NCBI GenBank assembly: GCA_040219255.1
Contig: JAVJSW010000027.1
Span: 1 to 64,000 of the forward strand
DNA length: 64,000 bases
DNA from: Sumerlaeia bacterium
Lineage (GTDB): Bacteria > Sumerlaeota > Sumerlaeia > SLMS01 > JAHLLQ01
Direction: 5' to 3'
Shown here: in pieces, positions 38,696-49,489 of the stretch
Layout of the letters: every line of letters starts with the position of its first letter
How positions within the stretch are numbered: the first letter of the stretch is position 1
Notes under the pieces: generated by a model
What the model saw: only the letters and a program-made list of their open reading frames with translations
Databases searched by the model: none
Told to the model about the DNA's origin: nothing
Made by a program: the position numbers and the translations under genes

Positions 38696-41032
38696 GTGCC
38701 CGCTTTGCTTCGAAACATCCGCACCCTCCTGATCGGCTTCGCGCTGCTGGCGGCGGCTGTGCCCTTGGCGGCGCGGCAATTGCCGCTGGAGGGCGAGCCC
38801 ATCGCCGACGTGGAAATTCGCGGATTGGATCGCTATCCGGAAGCCAACGTGCTCCAGGTGATGGAGCTCGACGCGGGCGACGCCTTCAGCGGCGCGGCCC
38901 TGCGGCGCGATCTCGACGCCATTGTGGGCCTCGGGGTGTTCGACCCGCTGTCCCTGCGCGCCGAATCGGAAGCCAACGCCCAGGGCGAGACCGTGCTGGT
39001 CATCGTGGTGCGGGAAAACCCGGTGGTGAATTCGATCGGCTTTATCGGAAACGTGAAGTATTCGAGCGACCGGCTGCGGCGCGAACTCGACTTCAAGGAA
39101 GGCGACATCCTGCCCGCGGCGGTGCGCACGACCGCCGCCCGCAACATCCGCCGGTTCTACGAAGGCGGGGGCTATAAAGGCGCCGAAGTCAGCGTCCGCG
39201 TCCGCGAGGCGGAGGGCGAAGCCTCCGGCGCCGACGTGACCATCACGATCGACGAAGGCCGCAAGATCCAGATCAAGGACCTGATTATCCGGGGCAACTC
39301 GGCGATCCCGGACTGGCGTCTCAAACCGGCCCTGACCAATTCCGGCTCCTGGCTGATTTTCAAGAATTACTACGACGAAAACGCGTTCGAAGACGACCTG
39401 CGCATGGTCGAACGCAAGTACGCCGACAAAGGCTACCTGGACGCGAAGGCAACGGCCGACGACCCGATCTATGACGAGGACGAGGCGAAAATCTCGCCCG
39501 TGATCGTGGTCGAGGAAGGGCCTCGCTATCGCGTGCGTGACGTGGAAATCGCTGGCAACGCGCTCTTTGGCGACGAAGAAGTCCGCAAGCCCTTCGCCCC
39601 GATGATCGGCGATGTGTTCGATGGCGAGGAAACCCGCGAGGCCTTCGCGAAACTGCGGCGCCTCTACGGCGATCAGGGCTACATCGACGCCAAAGTGGAC
39701 GGCACCTTTGTGCGCCACCCCGAGGACGGGTCGGTCACCATCGACGTGGAAATCGTCGAAGGCGCCCAGGTCTTCGTCGGCGACATCCGCGTGCAGAAGC
39801 CTGACTACAGCGACGTTCCCCCGCCCACGAACCCCATCGCGCGGTTCCTGGAGAGCACGTCGCCGGGCGTGACGAACGAGGCCATCATGCGCGAGGTGCA
39901 ACTCGAGCCGGGCGATGTGTGGCGCGACAAGGAAGAGCGACGCAGCGTGCAGCGCCTGCGCCGCCTGGGCTTCTTCCGCGACGTGCGTGTGCGCCGCGTG
40001 CCCACGGAAGACCCGCGCATCAACGACGCCGTGGTCGAGGTGGAGGAAGACGCCACGGCGGGCTACTTCGGCGTCAGCGCCGGCGTCGGCGAGCGGAGCG
40101 GCCCGGCCATCACGCTGTCCTATGACAACCCGAACCTGCTGGGCGACGCGCGCGACCTGTCGATCTACGGCACCGTCGGCCGGCGCTCCAGCGGCTTTGG
40201 CATCAGTTACCTGGACCGCTATCTCGGCGACAGCGAGAACTCGCTGCGCCTGCGGGCCTATCGCGACGCCGCGCGCTTCGATGGCATCGGCGAACGCATC
40301 TATGGCACCTCGGGCGAATTGGGCGTGCCGATGGAGCAGTTCGGTCCCTTCGACGAATACTGGACCTCGTTCATCCGCCTTCGCCTCGAACAGGTGAACC
40401 TGATCCGCCGCGACCAGGACCTGGAAAGCCCTGTCGATGGGTACCACGTGGCGGCGCTGCGCACGATGCTGCGGCGCGATATCCGCAATGACCTGCGCTG
40501 GCCCACGGAAGGCTACACCGTGGCCGGCGGCTTCGAAACCGGCTACGCCGACGGCTTCCTGCTCAAGGCGCTCCACGATTTCGAATGGTACAAGGCGCTG
40601 GATGACGAGGAAGACTGGGTTTATGCCTACGAGCACACGGTCGGCCTGATGCCCTACGACATCGACGACATCGGCTACACGGAGCGCTTTTTCCTGGGCG
40701 GCACGAGCACGCTCCGGGGCTTTGAAGCCCGCGGCATCGGCCCCACGGACCGGGGCGACGACAGCACCCACATCGGCGGCGCGACCTCTGTGGCGCAAAG
40801 CCACGAACTGCGCCGGCGCTTCAACCGCTACTTCGCGGGCCGGGTCTTCGTGGACGCGGGCGTCCTGGAGAACGATCCCCTCGAATGGGGCACCCCGCGC
40901 GTCGGCACCGGCGTCGGCGTGACCTTCAACGCGGGCCCTGCGGTCGTGGACTTCGACCTCGCCGCACCGGTCGTGCGCGAGGACGACGACGAACCGCAGG
41001 TGTTCCACTTCCGGCTGCGCGGCGGGTTCTAA
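38696..41032 (+). CDS. bamA: Outer membrane protein assembly factor BamA/Omp85
   Basis: Signal peptide, multiple POTRA repeats (I.GN..., Y...GY..A), ERFFLGGTSTLRGF, FVDAG and C-terminal FHFRLRGGF. Confidence 0.9.
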   Translation: MPALLRNIRTLLIGFALLAAAVPLAARQLPLEGEPIADVEIRGLDRYPEANVLQVMELDAGDAFSGAALRRDLDAIVGLGVFDPLSLRAESEANAQGETVLVIVVRENPVVNSIGFIGNVKYSSDRLRRELDFKEGDILPAAVRTTAARNIRRFYEGGGYKGAEVSVRVREAEGEASGADVTITIDEGRKIQIKDLIIRGNSAIPDWRLKPALTNSGSWLIFKNYYDENAFEDDLRMVERKYADKGYLDAKATADDPIYDEDEAKISPVIVVEEGPRYRVRDVEIAGNALFGDEEVRKPFAPMIGDVFDGEETREAFAKLRRLYGDQGYIDAKVDGTFVRHPEDGSVTIDVEIVEGAQVFVGDIRVQKPDYSDVPPPTNPIARFLESTSPGVTNEAIMREVQLEPGDVWRDKEERRSVQRLRRLGFFRDVRVRRVPTEDPRINDAVVEVEEDATAGYFGVSAGVGERSGPAITLSYDNPNLLGDARDLSIYGTVGRRSSGFGISYLDRYLGDSENSLRLRAYRDAARFDGIGERIYGTSGELGVPMEQFGPFDEYWTSFIRLRLEQVNLIRRDQDLESPVDGYHVAALRTMLRRDIRNDLRWPTEGYTVAGGFETGYADGFLLKALHDFEWYKALDDEEDWVYAYEHTVGLMPYDIDDIGYTERFFLGGTSTLRGFEARGIGPTDRGDDSTHIGGATSVAQSHELRRRFNRYFAGRVFVDAGVLENDPLEWGTPRVGTGVGVTFNAGPAVVDFDLAAPVVREDDDEPQVFHFRLRGGF

Positions 41033-41178
41033 GAGGGTTGTGCGGGCGTCCCCGCCCGTGACCAGCGGCGTGTTGCCTCAAGGAAATGGCGCTCTTCTTG
41101 CCCCTTGCAATAATGGGAGGTTCGCGTTAGTTGACCCCAGACGATTTCGAAACGCACCCAAATGACGGGGCCCCAAAA

Positions 41179-41385
41179 ATGAACACCACACAGAAAGACC
41201 AGCCCATTCGAAAAACCCAGCCTCAGCGTGAAACCGCCAATTCGATGACGGAAGACGAGCACGCCGCGATGATGCGTTTCGCTGTCTACATGGAAGTTCT
41301 TGCAGGTACGGAGCGGATGGAGCGGAACTTGACCAAGATGGTGGAGCGCCAGTTGGGGCGCTCTCCGCGTCAGTTGCTGAGGTGA
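41179..41385 (+). CDS. Small hypothetical protein
   Basis: 68-aa ORF in a lower-GC islet, directly upstream of the DUF2335-like gene. Confidence 0.4.
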   Translation: MNTTQKDQPIRKTQPQRETANSMTEDEHAAMMRFAVYMEVLAGTERMERNLTKMVERQLGRSPRQLLR

Positions 41386-41391
41386 TGGCCA

Positions 41392-41829
41392 TTGACTGAA
41401 AAGGATCAGGAGTCTCAAGACGCGGCTGGCGGCCATGAGGACCGCGGAATCGAAGAATCTCCCGCGCTTGAAAGGACGCTTCAGCAGCTTCCGCCGACAG
41501 CACGGCGGGTTGTCGAGGGGGTGATTTCCGCCCACTACTCCGGACCCATGCCAAATCCGCTGGCTCAGAAGTTGAGCCCGGAACACATCACTCAAATGAT
41601 GAAGAATGAGGAAGCGAACGAGGTGCGCAAGCATCAGCGATACCTCTGGACGCTCGCTGTGCGTACGATCACGATCTTCCTGCTCGTCGCTCTCTTGGTA
41701 TTCTGTATCATTTACCTGCGAGAAAGCAAAGAACTGCTGACACATCTTATTACTGGCCTCATCAGCCTGCTTGCTGGCGCGTTTGGCGGCTACGGGTACG
41801 CCATGCAAAAGGGCGAACCAAAAGAATAG
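41392..41829 (+). CDS. DUF2335-like membrane protein
   Basis: HYSGPMPNP motif followed by a charged helix and two TM segments. Confidence 0.6.
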   Translation: MTEKDQESQDAAGGHEDRGIEESPALERTLQQLPPTARRVVEGVISAHYSGPMPNPLAQKLSPEHITQMMKNEEANEVRKHQRYLWTLAVRTITIFLLVALLVFCIIYLRESKELLTHLITGLISLLAGAFGGYGYAMQKGEPKE

Positions 41830-41850
41830 CTTGATAAGATTTCGATACAG

Positions 41851-41884
41851 AAACAAGAAGCGGCCTCCCATTCCGGGAGGCCGC
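41851..41884 (-). terminator. Rho-independent terminator of gltD
   Basis: Perfect stem GCGGCCTCCC-ATTCC-GGGAGGCCGC, followed by TTCTTGTTT on the minus strand. Confidence 0.75.
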
Positions 41885-41922
41885 GCCAGGTCTCGAAGCT
41901 CAATCTCGTCTCGGGACCCCCC

Positions 41923-43365
41923 TTACCCCGGCAGATCGCTTTCGCCCATCAGGTATTGATCGACGGCGCGGGCGGCTTTGCGGCCTTCGGCGATGGCCCA
42001 GACGACGAGGCTCTGGCCGCGGCGGCAGTCGCCGGCGGCGAAGATGCCTTCCTGGCTGGTCTGGTAATTGCCGTTGGTTTTGACGTTGCCGCGGGCGTCC
42101 AGTTCGCAGCCGGCCTGCTCGATGGGGCCTTCTTTTTCCGGGTGGACGAAGCCCATGGCGAGAAGCACCAGGTCGGCGGCCATTTCGAATTCCGAGCCGG
42201 GGATTTTCTCGAAGCCCATGCGGCCGTCCGCACCCTTCTTCCATTCCAGGCGGACGCCGTGCAAGGTGGTGACCTTGCCGTCCTTGCCGCTCAGGTGGGT
42301 GGTCTGGATGCTGTAGTCGCGGATGCCGCCCTCTTCGTGGGCCGAGGAGGTGCGCAGCACCATGGGCCACTGGGGCCAGGGGTTACTGTTGTCGTCGCGC
42401 TTGGTGGGCGGCTTGGGCATCAGCTCGAACTGGTGGACGCTGGCGGCGCCGTGGCGGTGCGAGGTGCCCAGGCAGTCGGCGCCGGTGTCGCCACCGCCGA
42501 GGATGATGACGTGCTTGTCCTTGGCGCTGATGTGGCGGCGGGCAGCGGGGCGGTCGCCGTAGTTTTCCTCGTTCTGGGGCACGAGGAAATCCATGGCGAA
42601 GTGCACGCCGTCCAGTTCCCGGCCCGGTACCGGCAGGTCGCGGGGCTTGGTCGAGCCCATGGCGAAGACCACCGCGTCGAATTCGCGGCGGATTTCGTCC
42701 ATGGTGACGTCGAAGCCGATGTTTACGCCGCACCGGAAGCGGATGCCTTCCTCCTCCATGATGCCGAGGCGGCGGTCGACGACCTTCTTGTCGAGTTTGA
42801 AGTCGGGAATGCCGAAGGTCAGCAGGCCGCCGGCGCGCTGGGCGCGTTCGAAGACGGTGACCAGGTGGCCGGCCTTGTTGAGCTGGGCCGCGGCGGCGAG
42901 CCCGGCGGGTCCGGAGCCGATGACGGCGACGGACTTGCCGGTGCGGAAGGCGGGCGGCTCGGGGTGAATCAGGCCTTCGGCGAAGGCGCGGTCGATGATG
43001 CTGACTTCGCTGAGCTTGATCGTGACCGGCTCTTCGTACTTATTGAGGACGCAGGAGGCCTCGCAGGGCGCGGGGCAGATGCGGCCGGTGAATTCGGGGA
43101 AGTTGTTGGTTTTGAGGAGGGAAGCCAGCGCGTCGGCCCATCGGCCCCGGTAAACGTGATCGTTCCACTCCGGGATCAGATTGCCCAGGGGGCAGCCCTG
43201 ATTGCAGAAGGGGATGCCACAGTCCATGCAGCGCGAGGTTTGATCGCGAACCAGCTTGTCGTCTGTGGGCGCATTGACTTCTTTCCAGTCCTGGATGCGT
43301 TCTTCGATTGGGCGGTAGGGGGGCTTCTCCCTGTCCAGCTCCATGAATCCAGTCGGTTTTCCCAT
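41923..43365 (-). CDS. gltD: Glutamate synthase small subunit
   Basis: [53 protein letters not shown] and [14 protein letters not shown]. Confidence 0.96.
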   Translation of the reverse strand: MGKPTGFMELDREKPPYRPIEERIQDWKEVNAPTDDKLVRDQTSRCMDCGIPFCNQGCPLGNLIPEWNDHVYRGRWADALASLLKTNNFPEFTGRICPAPCEASCVLNKYEEPVTIKLSEVSIIDRAFAEGLIHPEPPAFRTGKSVAVIGSGPAGLAAAAQLNKAGHLVTVFERAQRAGGLLTFGIPDFKLDKKVVDRRLGIMEEEGIRFRCGVNIGFDVTMDEIRREFDAVVFAMGSTKPRDLPVPGRELDGVHFAMDFLVPQNEENYGDRPAARRHISAKDKHVIILGGGDTGADCLGTSHRHGAASVHQFELMPKPPTKRDDNSNPWPQWPMVLRTSSAHEEGGIRDYSIQTTHLSGKDGKVTTLHGVRLEWKKGADGRMGFEKIPGSEFEMAADLVLLAMGFVHPEKEGPIEQAGCELDARGNVKTNGNYQTSQEGIFAAGDCRRGQSLVVWAIAEGRKAARAVDQYLMGESDLPG

Positions 43366-43739
43366 AGCTCGTATTCTTTCCACAGTAAGATTCGCTACCC
43401 CCAAATGGGGTGCATGGGGCCGAACCTGTCAACGATTTGAGAGCGTTCCAGAAGCCCTATGAAACACTTTGTCAAGGAGCGCCCTTTTCAAGGCCCCCAA
43501 GAAAAACCAAGAAATCGCGCGGAGCCCCCGCACGAGCGTCGGCCACCAGCGGTTCGCCCCCCCCGCACCCCAGTTCCCCGTGGCGCCCGGGGCGAAGAAT
43601 GAAGACCGCCGCCGCCCCGCCTCTCGAAAACGGTTGTGGACAGCCTTCTTTCGTGGTCTGACCAGCATCGAGGCGTTCACAGGTCCGGCATGCAGGCGGC
43701 CACGTTGGACCAGAGCCGATCCCCGCGGAGGAAAGCACC

Positions 43740-44555
43740 TTGGGTCTTTTCAGCCACGCCACCTTTCTTCTGATCCCAAGCAAAGAGCACGGCCGCCTCG
43801 TGGCCCGGTCCATGATGGAATCGTCCCATTCGCTGCTCTTCACGCGCCCCTACAAGCAGGAGGGCGGCAAGGACGGCGAGTTCTGGATGAGCGTCTATCT
43901 GCCGCTCGGGCTCGCCTACAAGGACGTGCCCGAGTTGCCGACGACCACGTCGCTCGAGATCGATTGCCTGGACGGCGACGGACTGAGCCTGAAGCTGTTC
44001 GCGAGCGACCGCGTGGCCTTCCATTTCGAGACCGGCGTCGGCGACGTGGGCGAGGAAGAGGACCGGCTGCTGGAACTGGCGGCGGAACTTTACACGGGCG
44101 AGAACACCGGCGCCTCGGACATCGCCGAAGGCGACGAGGACCCGGAAGCGCAGGGGTTCTGGGCGCAGGACGAAGAGCGGCAGAATCAATACGTCGACCG
44201 GGCCCGGCGTTCGCCTCAATACCAAACCTATCTGCAGGAATCGCGCGGGGCCTCGGCCGTTCCGCCGATGGAGCCGCTGGCTCCTCTGCTGCCGGAAGGC
44301 CGCACCATCGACCAACTCGGCCGCCTGCTTCGGCTCGCCGCCTCGCGCCTGGAAGGCGCCCCCGAGGCGGAGGAGGACAAGGCGCTGCTGCGTGAGGTGA
44401 TGGATGGCAAGGAGCATTCCGACAGCGCGGAAGATTTCGTTCGGGCGCTCGAGCGCTTCTTTGGCCTCAAAGGCGCCCTCCATTCTCAAGAAAGCCTGAT
44501 GGAGCAACACAGCGGCGCGGTCGACGGCCGCATCGTGACCCTCCCGGAGACCTGA
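43740..44555 (+). CDS. Hypothetical acidic protein
   Basis: 271 aa, TTG start after GGAGG, 5 nt upstream of the Rid gene. Confidence 0.7.
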   Translation: MGLFSHATFLLIPSKEHGRLVARSMMESSHSLLFTRPYKQEGGKDGEFWMSVYLPLGLAYKDVPELPTTTSLEIDCLDGDGLSLKLFASDRVAFHFETGVGDVGEEEDRLLELAAELYTGENTGASDIAEGDEDPEAQGFWAQDEERQNQYVDRARRSPQYQTYLQESRGASAVPPMEPLAPLLPEGRTIDQLGRLLRLAASRLEGAPEAEEDKALLREVMDGKEHSDSAEDFVRALERFFGLKGALHSQESLMEQHSGAVDGRIVTLPET

Positions 44556-44560
44556 ATCCC

Positions 44561-45046
44561 ATGAGTTTAGTCGAAGCTCGAATCACCGAACTCGGTTACA
44601 AACTGCCCGCCACGCCCAAGCCCGTGGCGGCCTACATCCCCGCCATCCGGTCGGGCAACCTGGTCTTCACCAGCGGCCAACTGCCGGTCTTCAACGGCGA
44701 ACTGGTCCGCCAAGGCGTCGTCGGCGACGGCACCGTCTCCATCGAAGACGCTAAGAGCGACGCGCGCCTGGCCTGCCTGAACGGCCTCGCGGCGATCAAG
44801 AGCGTCGTCGGCGACCTCGACCACATCGAAAAAGTGGTCCGCGTCGCCGTCTTTGTCCAGAGCACGCCGGACTTCTACGACCAATCGAAAATCGCCAACG
44901 GCGCCAGCGAGCTGCTGCTCGAGCTTCTGGGAGAAGCGGGACGCCACGTGCGCACCTCCCTGGGCATGGTGGCGCTGCCGCTGAACGCGACGGTGGAAGT
45001 GGAATTGACGGTCCAGGTCCGCGAAGAGCAACCTTACTCCGTCTGA
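44561..45046 (+). CDS. RidA/YjgF family protein
   Basis: LP..PKPVAAYIPA.RSGNLVFTSGQLP, ANGASELL, GRHVRTSLG and LPLNATVEVE. Confidence 0.93.
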   Translation: MSLVEARITELGYKLPATPKPVAAYIPAIRSGNLVFTSGQLPVFNGELVRQGVVGDGTVSIEDAKSDARLACLNGLAAIKSVVGDLDHIEKVVRVAVFVQSTPDFYDQSKIANGASELLLELLGEAGRHVRTSLGMVALPLNATVEVELTVQVREEQPYSV

Positions 45047-45054
45047 TTCCAGAC

Positions 45055-45831
45055 ATGGCCCCAGGCCCCGACACCCAGCCCCCTGGACTCCCCCTCATGC
45101 GTTCCTCCGGAACATACATCTACCGGTTCGCCGGCATCGAGGTGGGCCGCGAAATCTGGAGCATCCGCCCGGAAGGCGACACGTGGCGCTATCAGGCCGA
45201 CGTGATGCGCAACCACGTGCGCACCGAGCTTCATCTCAATACCTTCACGGATTCGGCCCGGCCGCGCAACGCGGGCATCAAGCGCACCACGCCGGACGGC
45301 CCCACCGCCAGCGCGGATTTCCACTTTCACGAAAACACCCTCCACACCGTGTACACGGACCGCAATTTCCTGCGGCGCGAGGCGGCGCCCCGGGAATGGC
45401 CGACGGAGGGGATTTTCCACCCGTTCGCGACGTGCTTGATGACGCACGTGCTGCGCTATGCGCAGTTGAACCAATCGGAGGACAGCGATTTCGACTGTCT
45501 GTTTATTTCCTATAGTGGATTGAACTTGAATGGGAAAATCGGAAAGGGCCGCATCCGGCGCCTGAAGTCGCGCGACTTCGGCTCCGTCACCGGCCTCATC
45601 ACGGCGCAAATCTGGGAAGCCAAGTTCTCCTTCCGCCTGCCCATGTCGCTGCAATTGCTGCCGCACCGGTTGGTGTTCGACGCCCGGGGCATTTGCCATC
45701 ATGTGTCGGCGGGGCCGTGGCGGGTCGAACTGGTGGAGCTGGAAGTGGCCGACGCGCAGACGCCCCTGCCGGTGCGTTCGAGCCGCGCCGATCCGCCGTC
45801 CTCCTACTCGGTCGGCAGCCCGTCGGAGTAG
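45055..45831 (+). CDS. Hypothetical beta-rich protein
   Basis: 258 aa, 8 nt after the Rid gene; no recognised motif. Confidence 0.6.
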   Translation: MAPGPDTQPPGLPLMRSSGTYIYRFAGIEVGREIWSIRPEGDTWRYQADVMRNHVRTELHLNTFTDSARPRNAGIKRTTPDGPTASADFHFHENTLHTVYTDRNFLRREAAPREWPTEGIFHPFATCLMTHVLRYAQLNQSEDSDFDCLFISYSGLNLNGKIGKGRIRRLKSRDFGSVTGLITAQIWEAKFSFRLPMSLQLLPHRLVFDARGICHHVSAGPWRVELVELEVADAQTPLPVRSSRADPPSSYSVGSPSE

Positions 45832-46243
45832 GCGCCGCCGGGCCGTCAGGAAACCACTGAGGAGCCGCGGAGAACGCGGGAACGATCGGTGCCTTTGAAG
45901 TTGACCGGAAACATGGGCATGCCCCGGTTCTTCTGAAACACGAAAGCATAGCCAGGCAAGAAGCTCAAAGTGCCGCGACTTCTTGGGTACTTTCAGGATG
46001 TGGGGCTTGAGAGTGGGTTGACAGAGCGCTTATTTGTTTGGACTTGGCTCAACAGGTTGTCGCTTCACATGACCCGCTTTGAAAGCTCTCTGTGAAACCT
46101 TTGTCTTCGGTGCCCGCCGTCGGGAACGATCGCGATGCCGGCCGAGGCCAAAAACGTTCGCGCTTGCGGCGGCCCGCTTCGCCTCGCATGCTGGCCGCCG
46201 CACAAGGTCTTCCCACTTCCCCGAACCTGGAGTCCCGCACGCC

Positions 46244-47587
46244 ATGCCGCTGGAGCATTCCGAACCGTATTGGCTGGATCAACTCGCCGAACTGCGCGCC
46301 GCCCTCGCGGAGGGCCGCTACGCCGATGGGCTGAAAGCCTCCGACGCCGCGTTCCGTTCGATGCCGACGGCGGGCGGGCCGGATGTGCGGCTGGGGATTT
46401 TGTACCGCTGCGCGGGGGAAATCCTGCTGCTCTACTCCCACTTCGAGCCCGCCATCGACCTGGCCCGCAAGGCCTTGGCGATCTGCCAGGGAGCCGGCCA
46501 CAAGGTCGACTGCACGGCGGAAATCGCTCGCGCGTTCCTGCTCCTGGGCCGGGCGCTGCAAAGCCATGGCGACGGGGATGAAGCGGAAACCTACCTTCAT
46601 CAGGCGACTTTTCTGGCGGAAGGGATTCGCGAGGCGGAATCGGCCCTGGCCATCGAAGCGGAAATCGCCACCATCATGCTCATGCTGCAGACCGGGCCGT
46701 TCTTCGTCGCCGAGAACCTGCTCGCCGATATCGCCGAGCGGGCCACGGAGATGCTTGGCCCGAACCACCCGGTCACCTGCCGCGTGCAGATGGCTTACGC
46801 GGAGTGGGAACTGGCGGTGGGGGAGAACGAGTCGGCGCGCCAGCGCAGCCAGCGGGTGCTGCGGGTTCTGGAGGTGGAGAAGGGGCCGGACGCTCTGTTG
46901 ACGACGGAGGCGCGGCTGCTGGTGCAAGATTGCCGGGCGCGGTCTGGCGCGGGTCTGGAGGACAGCGAGATCGCGGCGGCGGAGGCGGCGCTGATCGAGG
47001 CGCTGGACGAAGACGCGCCGTTCCTCAACGCGCGATTCCTGCGGCTGCGTTGCCAACTCGAACGCCTGCGGGGCAACGAGGCGGGGATGGATCTGTTGCA
47101 GGATCAGGCGCTGGCGCTGATCCGCAAACGCTGGGGCGAGGAGCATGCGCTCGGCGGATTGCTCTATCGCGAGATGGCTCTGGAAGCGGGTCAGCGGGGG
47201 CATTTCGCGGAAGCGGGCCGGCTCGAGCGCCTCGCGCGCAACATCCTGGAGCGAACCATGGGCCCGGAATTTCCGGAGTTGGAGCCGCTGCTGATGTCGA
47301 TGGCCTCGACCCACGCGGGCGAAGGCAATTACGAGTCGGCGGGCGAGTTCCTGGCGCGGGCCGTGGCGGTGAAGCGCAAGGCGCTGGGGGCCCGCTTCAC
47401 CAAGCTGGGGCCTTACGGGGCGGTGCTGGTCTCTTGGGTGCGCAAGGCGGAGGCGGAGGAGCGGCTGGAAGACGCGCGGGCGCTGGCGCGGCGGGGCGTC
47501 TTGATCGCCAGGGGCGCCATCGGCCCGGAGGCTCGGGAAACGCGCGAACTCGAGGGTCTCCTCGGCACCGCCGGCTCGCCGGCTTAG
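46244..47587 (+). CDS. Tetratricopeptide repeat protein
   Basis: Kinesin-light-chain-type TPR motifs LGPNHPVT, WGEEH, MGPEFP and GNYESA..FLARA. Confidence 0.8.
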   Translation: MPLEHSEPYWLDQLAELRAALAEGRYADGLKASDAAFRSMPTAGGPDVRLGILYRCAGEILLLYSHFEPAIDLARKALAICQGAGHKVDCTAEIARAFLLLGRALQSHGDGDEAETYLHQATFLAEGIREAESALAIEAEIATIMLMLQTGPFFVAENLLADIAERATEMLGPNHPVTCRVQMAYAEWELAVGENESARQRSQRVLRVLEVEKGPDALLTTEARLLVQDCRARSGAGLEDSEIAAAEAALIEALDEDAPFLNARFLRLRCQLERLRGNEAGMDLLQDQALALIRKRWGEEHALGGLLYREMALEAGQRGHFAEAGRLERLARNILERTMGPEFPELEPLLMSMASTHAGEGNYESAGEFLARAVAVKRKALGARFTKLGPYGAVLVSWVRKAEAEERLEDARALARRGVLIARGAIGPEARETRELEGLLGTAGSPA

Positions 47588-47790
47588 AGGTCTGGCGGGG
47601 GGTGGTTCTTTATCGCCAGGGATAGACACAGTTGGCGCCGATGATGAGGGGCGGACGGGGGAGATGGCAGGCTCTTCTGAAGATCGCCCTATGGAACCGG
47701 AGTTTCTTGGGCATGCTTCAGTAGGTCGATCTGCTTTCATGCCCCATTTCATCTGTGCTCATCCGCGCCATCCGCGGCAAAAAAACCAGT

Positions 47791-48516
47791 TCAAAGCTTC
47801 GTCTTATCCTTGCGCACTTTGCCTTGGCGCCAGTGCTTGTAGCGCCGGTAGACGCCTTTTTTGAGCAAGCGGCCGAAGCGGAGGCTGGCGGGTTGGGCGG
47901 CGAGTTCTTCGCTTTCCTCCGCGCTCAACGCCGTTTCGCCCAAATACCAGCGCTTCAGCTTCAGGAACGTCAGGCGGTCGACATGAGCGGCGTGGAGGAA
48001 GACACGGCGCCCGATCCAGCCCTGGCGTTGTGGCGGGAAGGCGAGGGACTGGGCGAAATCGACCAGGACGGGGGCGCCGGTGCGCGCGTGGCGCATCAGG
48101 TTGCGGCGGCGCAGGTCACCATGGTTCAGGCCCCGGGCGTGGATGGCGCGGATCAGGCGGTCGAGTTCGTCGAAGTAGTCCCGGCCGAGACCATGGCCGG
48201 TCTTGGTTTCCGGGACCGGCTCGGCGCTCAGCCAGGTCATCTCGACGGTCCAGGGTTCGGGAAAGCCGAGGAATTCGGGGACGCCGGGAAGGCCCTGGAG
48301 GTGCTGGAGGTTTCGGCCTTCGCGCTGGGCGATCCAGCGGCAGACGGTGGCGCGCAGGGGGGCGGGGCTTTCGCGGAAGGTCTTCCAGACGCGGTCGGGC
48401 TGGAGGCGGTCGGCGGGCAGTTTCCAGACGTCGGGCTGGGTGGCGGAGGCGCCAGCCTTGAGCAGTTCGGCGCCGGGTGCGGGCGGTGTGGGCTGGCGCG
48501 GCGGACGTCGGGTCAT
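47791..48516 (-). CDS. Protein kinase-like (RIO/Kdo kinase-type) phosphotransferase
   Basis: VWKTF, REG..LQ.L.GLPGVP, IHARGLNHGDLRRRNL and LVDFA. Confidence 0.8.
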   Translation of the reverse strand: MTRRPPRQPTPPAPGAELLKAGASATQPDVWKLPADRLQPDRVWKTFRESPAPLRATVCRWIAQREGRNLQHLQGLPGVPEFLGFPEPWTVEMTWLSAEPVPETKTGHGLGRDYFDELDRLIRAIHARGLNHGDLRRRNLMRHARTGAPVLVDFAQSLAFPPQRQGWIGRRVFLHAAHVDRLTFLKLKRWYLGETALSAEESEELAAQPASLRFGRLLKKGVYRRYKHWRQGKVRKDKTKL

Positions 48517-48883
48517 GAGGGGCGGGAATGGTTTCGTGGGGCTGGCGGGTGTGCGACGGTGAATGTGTCGCAACGAACCGTCGCGCCGGGTTCTTGTGCG
48601 ACGGAGGGCTATCGCGCCAAGGGCTTTTTTCGCTGGAAACAGGCGATTTGGGGTGGGATCGCGATGGCACCCATCTCGCGTAAGTTTCGCCTGAGCGCGG
48701 CGGCCGATGGGAATTCAATCAGCCTTGACCCGATTTCCGCCGCCTTTATCAAGAAGAAGGCACCGGCCCAATCGCGCGCCATGGCTTCGGGCAACTTGAC
48801 GGCGGCGGAGCTTTGTGAGATTTGAAGATCGACGGGGTCTCCGACCGAGACGAGCCGCCACAGAAACCGAGGGGAGAGAGCGA

Positions 48884-49441
48884 ATGAAAAAGTGTGAGCG
48901 ATGCGGCAAAGACGACGCGGTGGTCAAGCTCACGCGCATCGAAAACGGTCAGGTTTTTTCGGTCGTTCTGTGCCAGTCCTGCGCCGCCGAGCAAAGTCCC
49001 ATCCAGAAGAAGATTTACCAGAAGCAGTCCACCAGCATCGACAGCCTGCTCAAGGAGTTGCTCAAAGGCCAGCACGCGGCGGTGATTTCCGAGGCGGAAG
49101 CGGCGGAACATTTCGACATCGCCCCTTGTCCCAAATGCGGGCTTGAGTTCGCCTCTTACAAGAGCACTTACATGCTCGGTTGCCCGGAATGCTACATCGC
49201 CTTCGCCGAGCACCTGGAGGACGATCTGAAGAAGATGCACCACGCCACGCGGCATGTCGGCTCGGGGCCGCCCGGATCGTCCGAAGATCTGGTCCGCGAG
49301 CAGCGCCGCATCGAGGAACTGCGCGAGGAATTGAAGACCGCCGTGGAAATGGAAGATTACGAACACGCGGCCCGTCTGCGCGACGAAATCGAGCGCACCG
49401 AGCATCAGCTCAAGGGCCAGAAGACCGAAGGCAAAACCTGA
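48884..49441 (+). CDS. mcsA: McsA, activator of protein arginine kinase
   Basis: Four CxxC motifs (CERC, CQSC, CPKC, CPEC), RHVG and the UVR motif EDYEHAARLRDEI. Confidence 0.92.
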   Translation: MKKCERCGKDDAVVKLTRIENGQVFSVVLCQSCAAEQSPIQKKIYQKQSTSIDSLLKELLKGQHAAVISEAEAAEHFDIAPCPKCGLEFASYKSTYMLGCPECYIAFAEHLEDDLKKMHHATRHVGSGPPGSSEDLVREQRRIEELREELKTAVEMEDYEHAARLRDEIERTEHQLKGQKTEGKT

Positions 49442-49489
49442 TCCGCCCCACCCGGCGGACGCCACCCGCGAAACGCAAAGGACCCCCTC

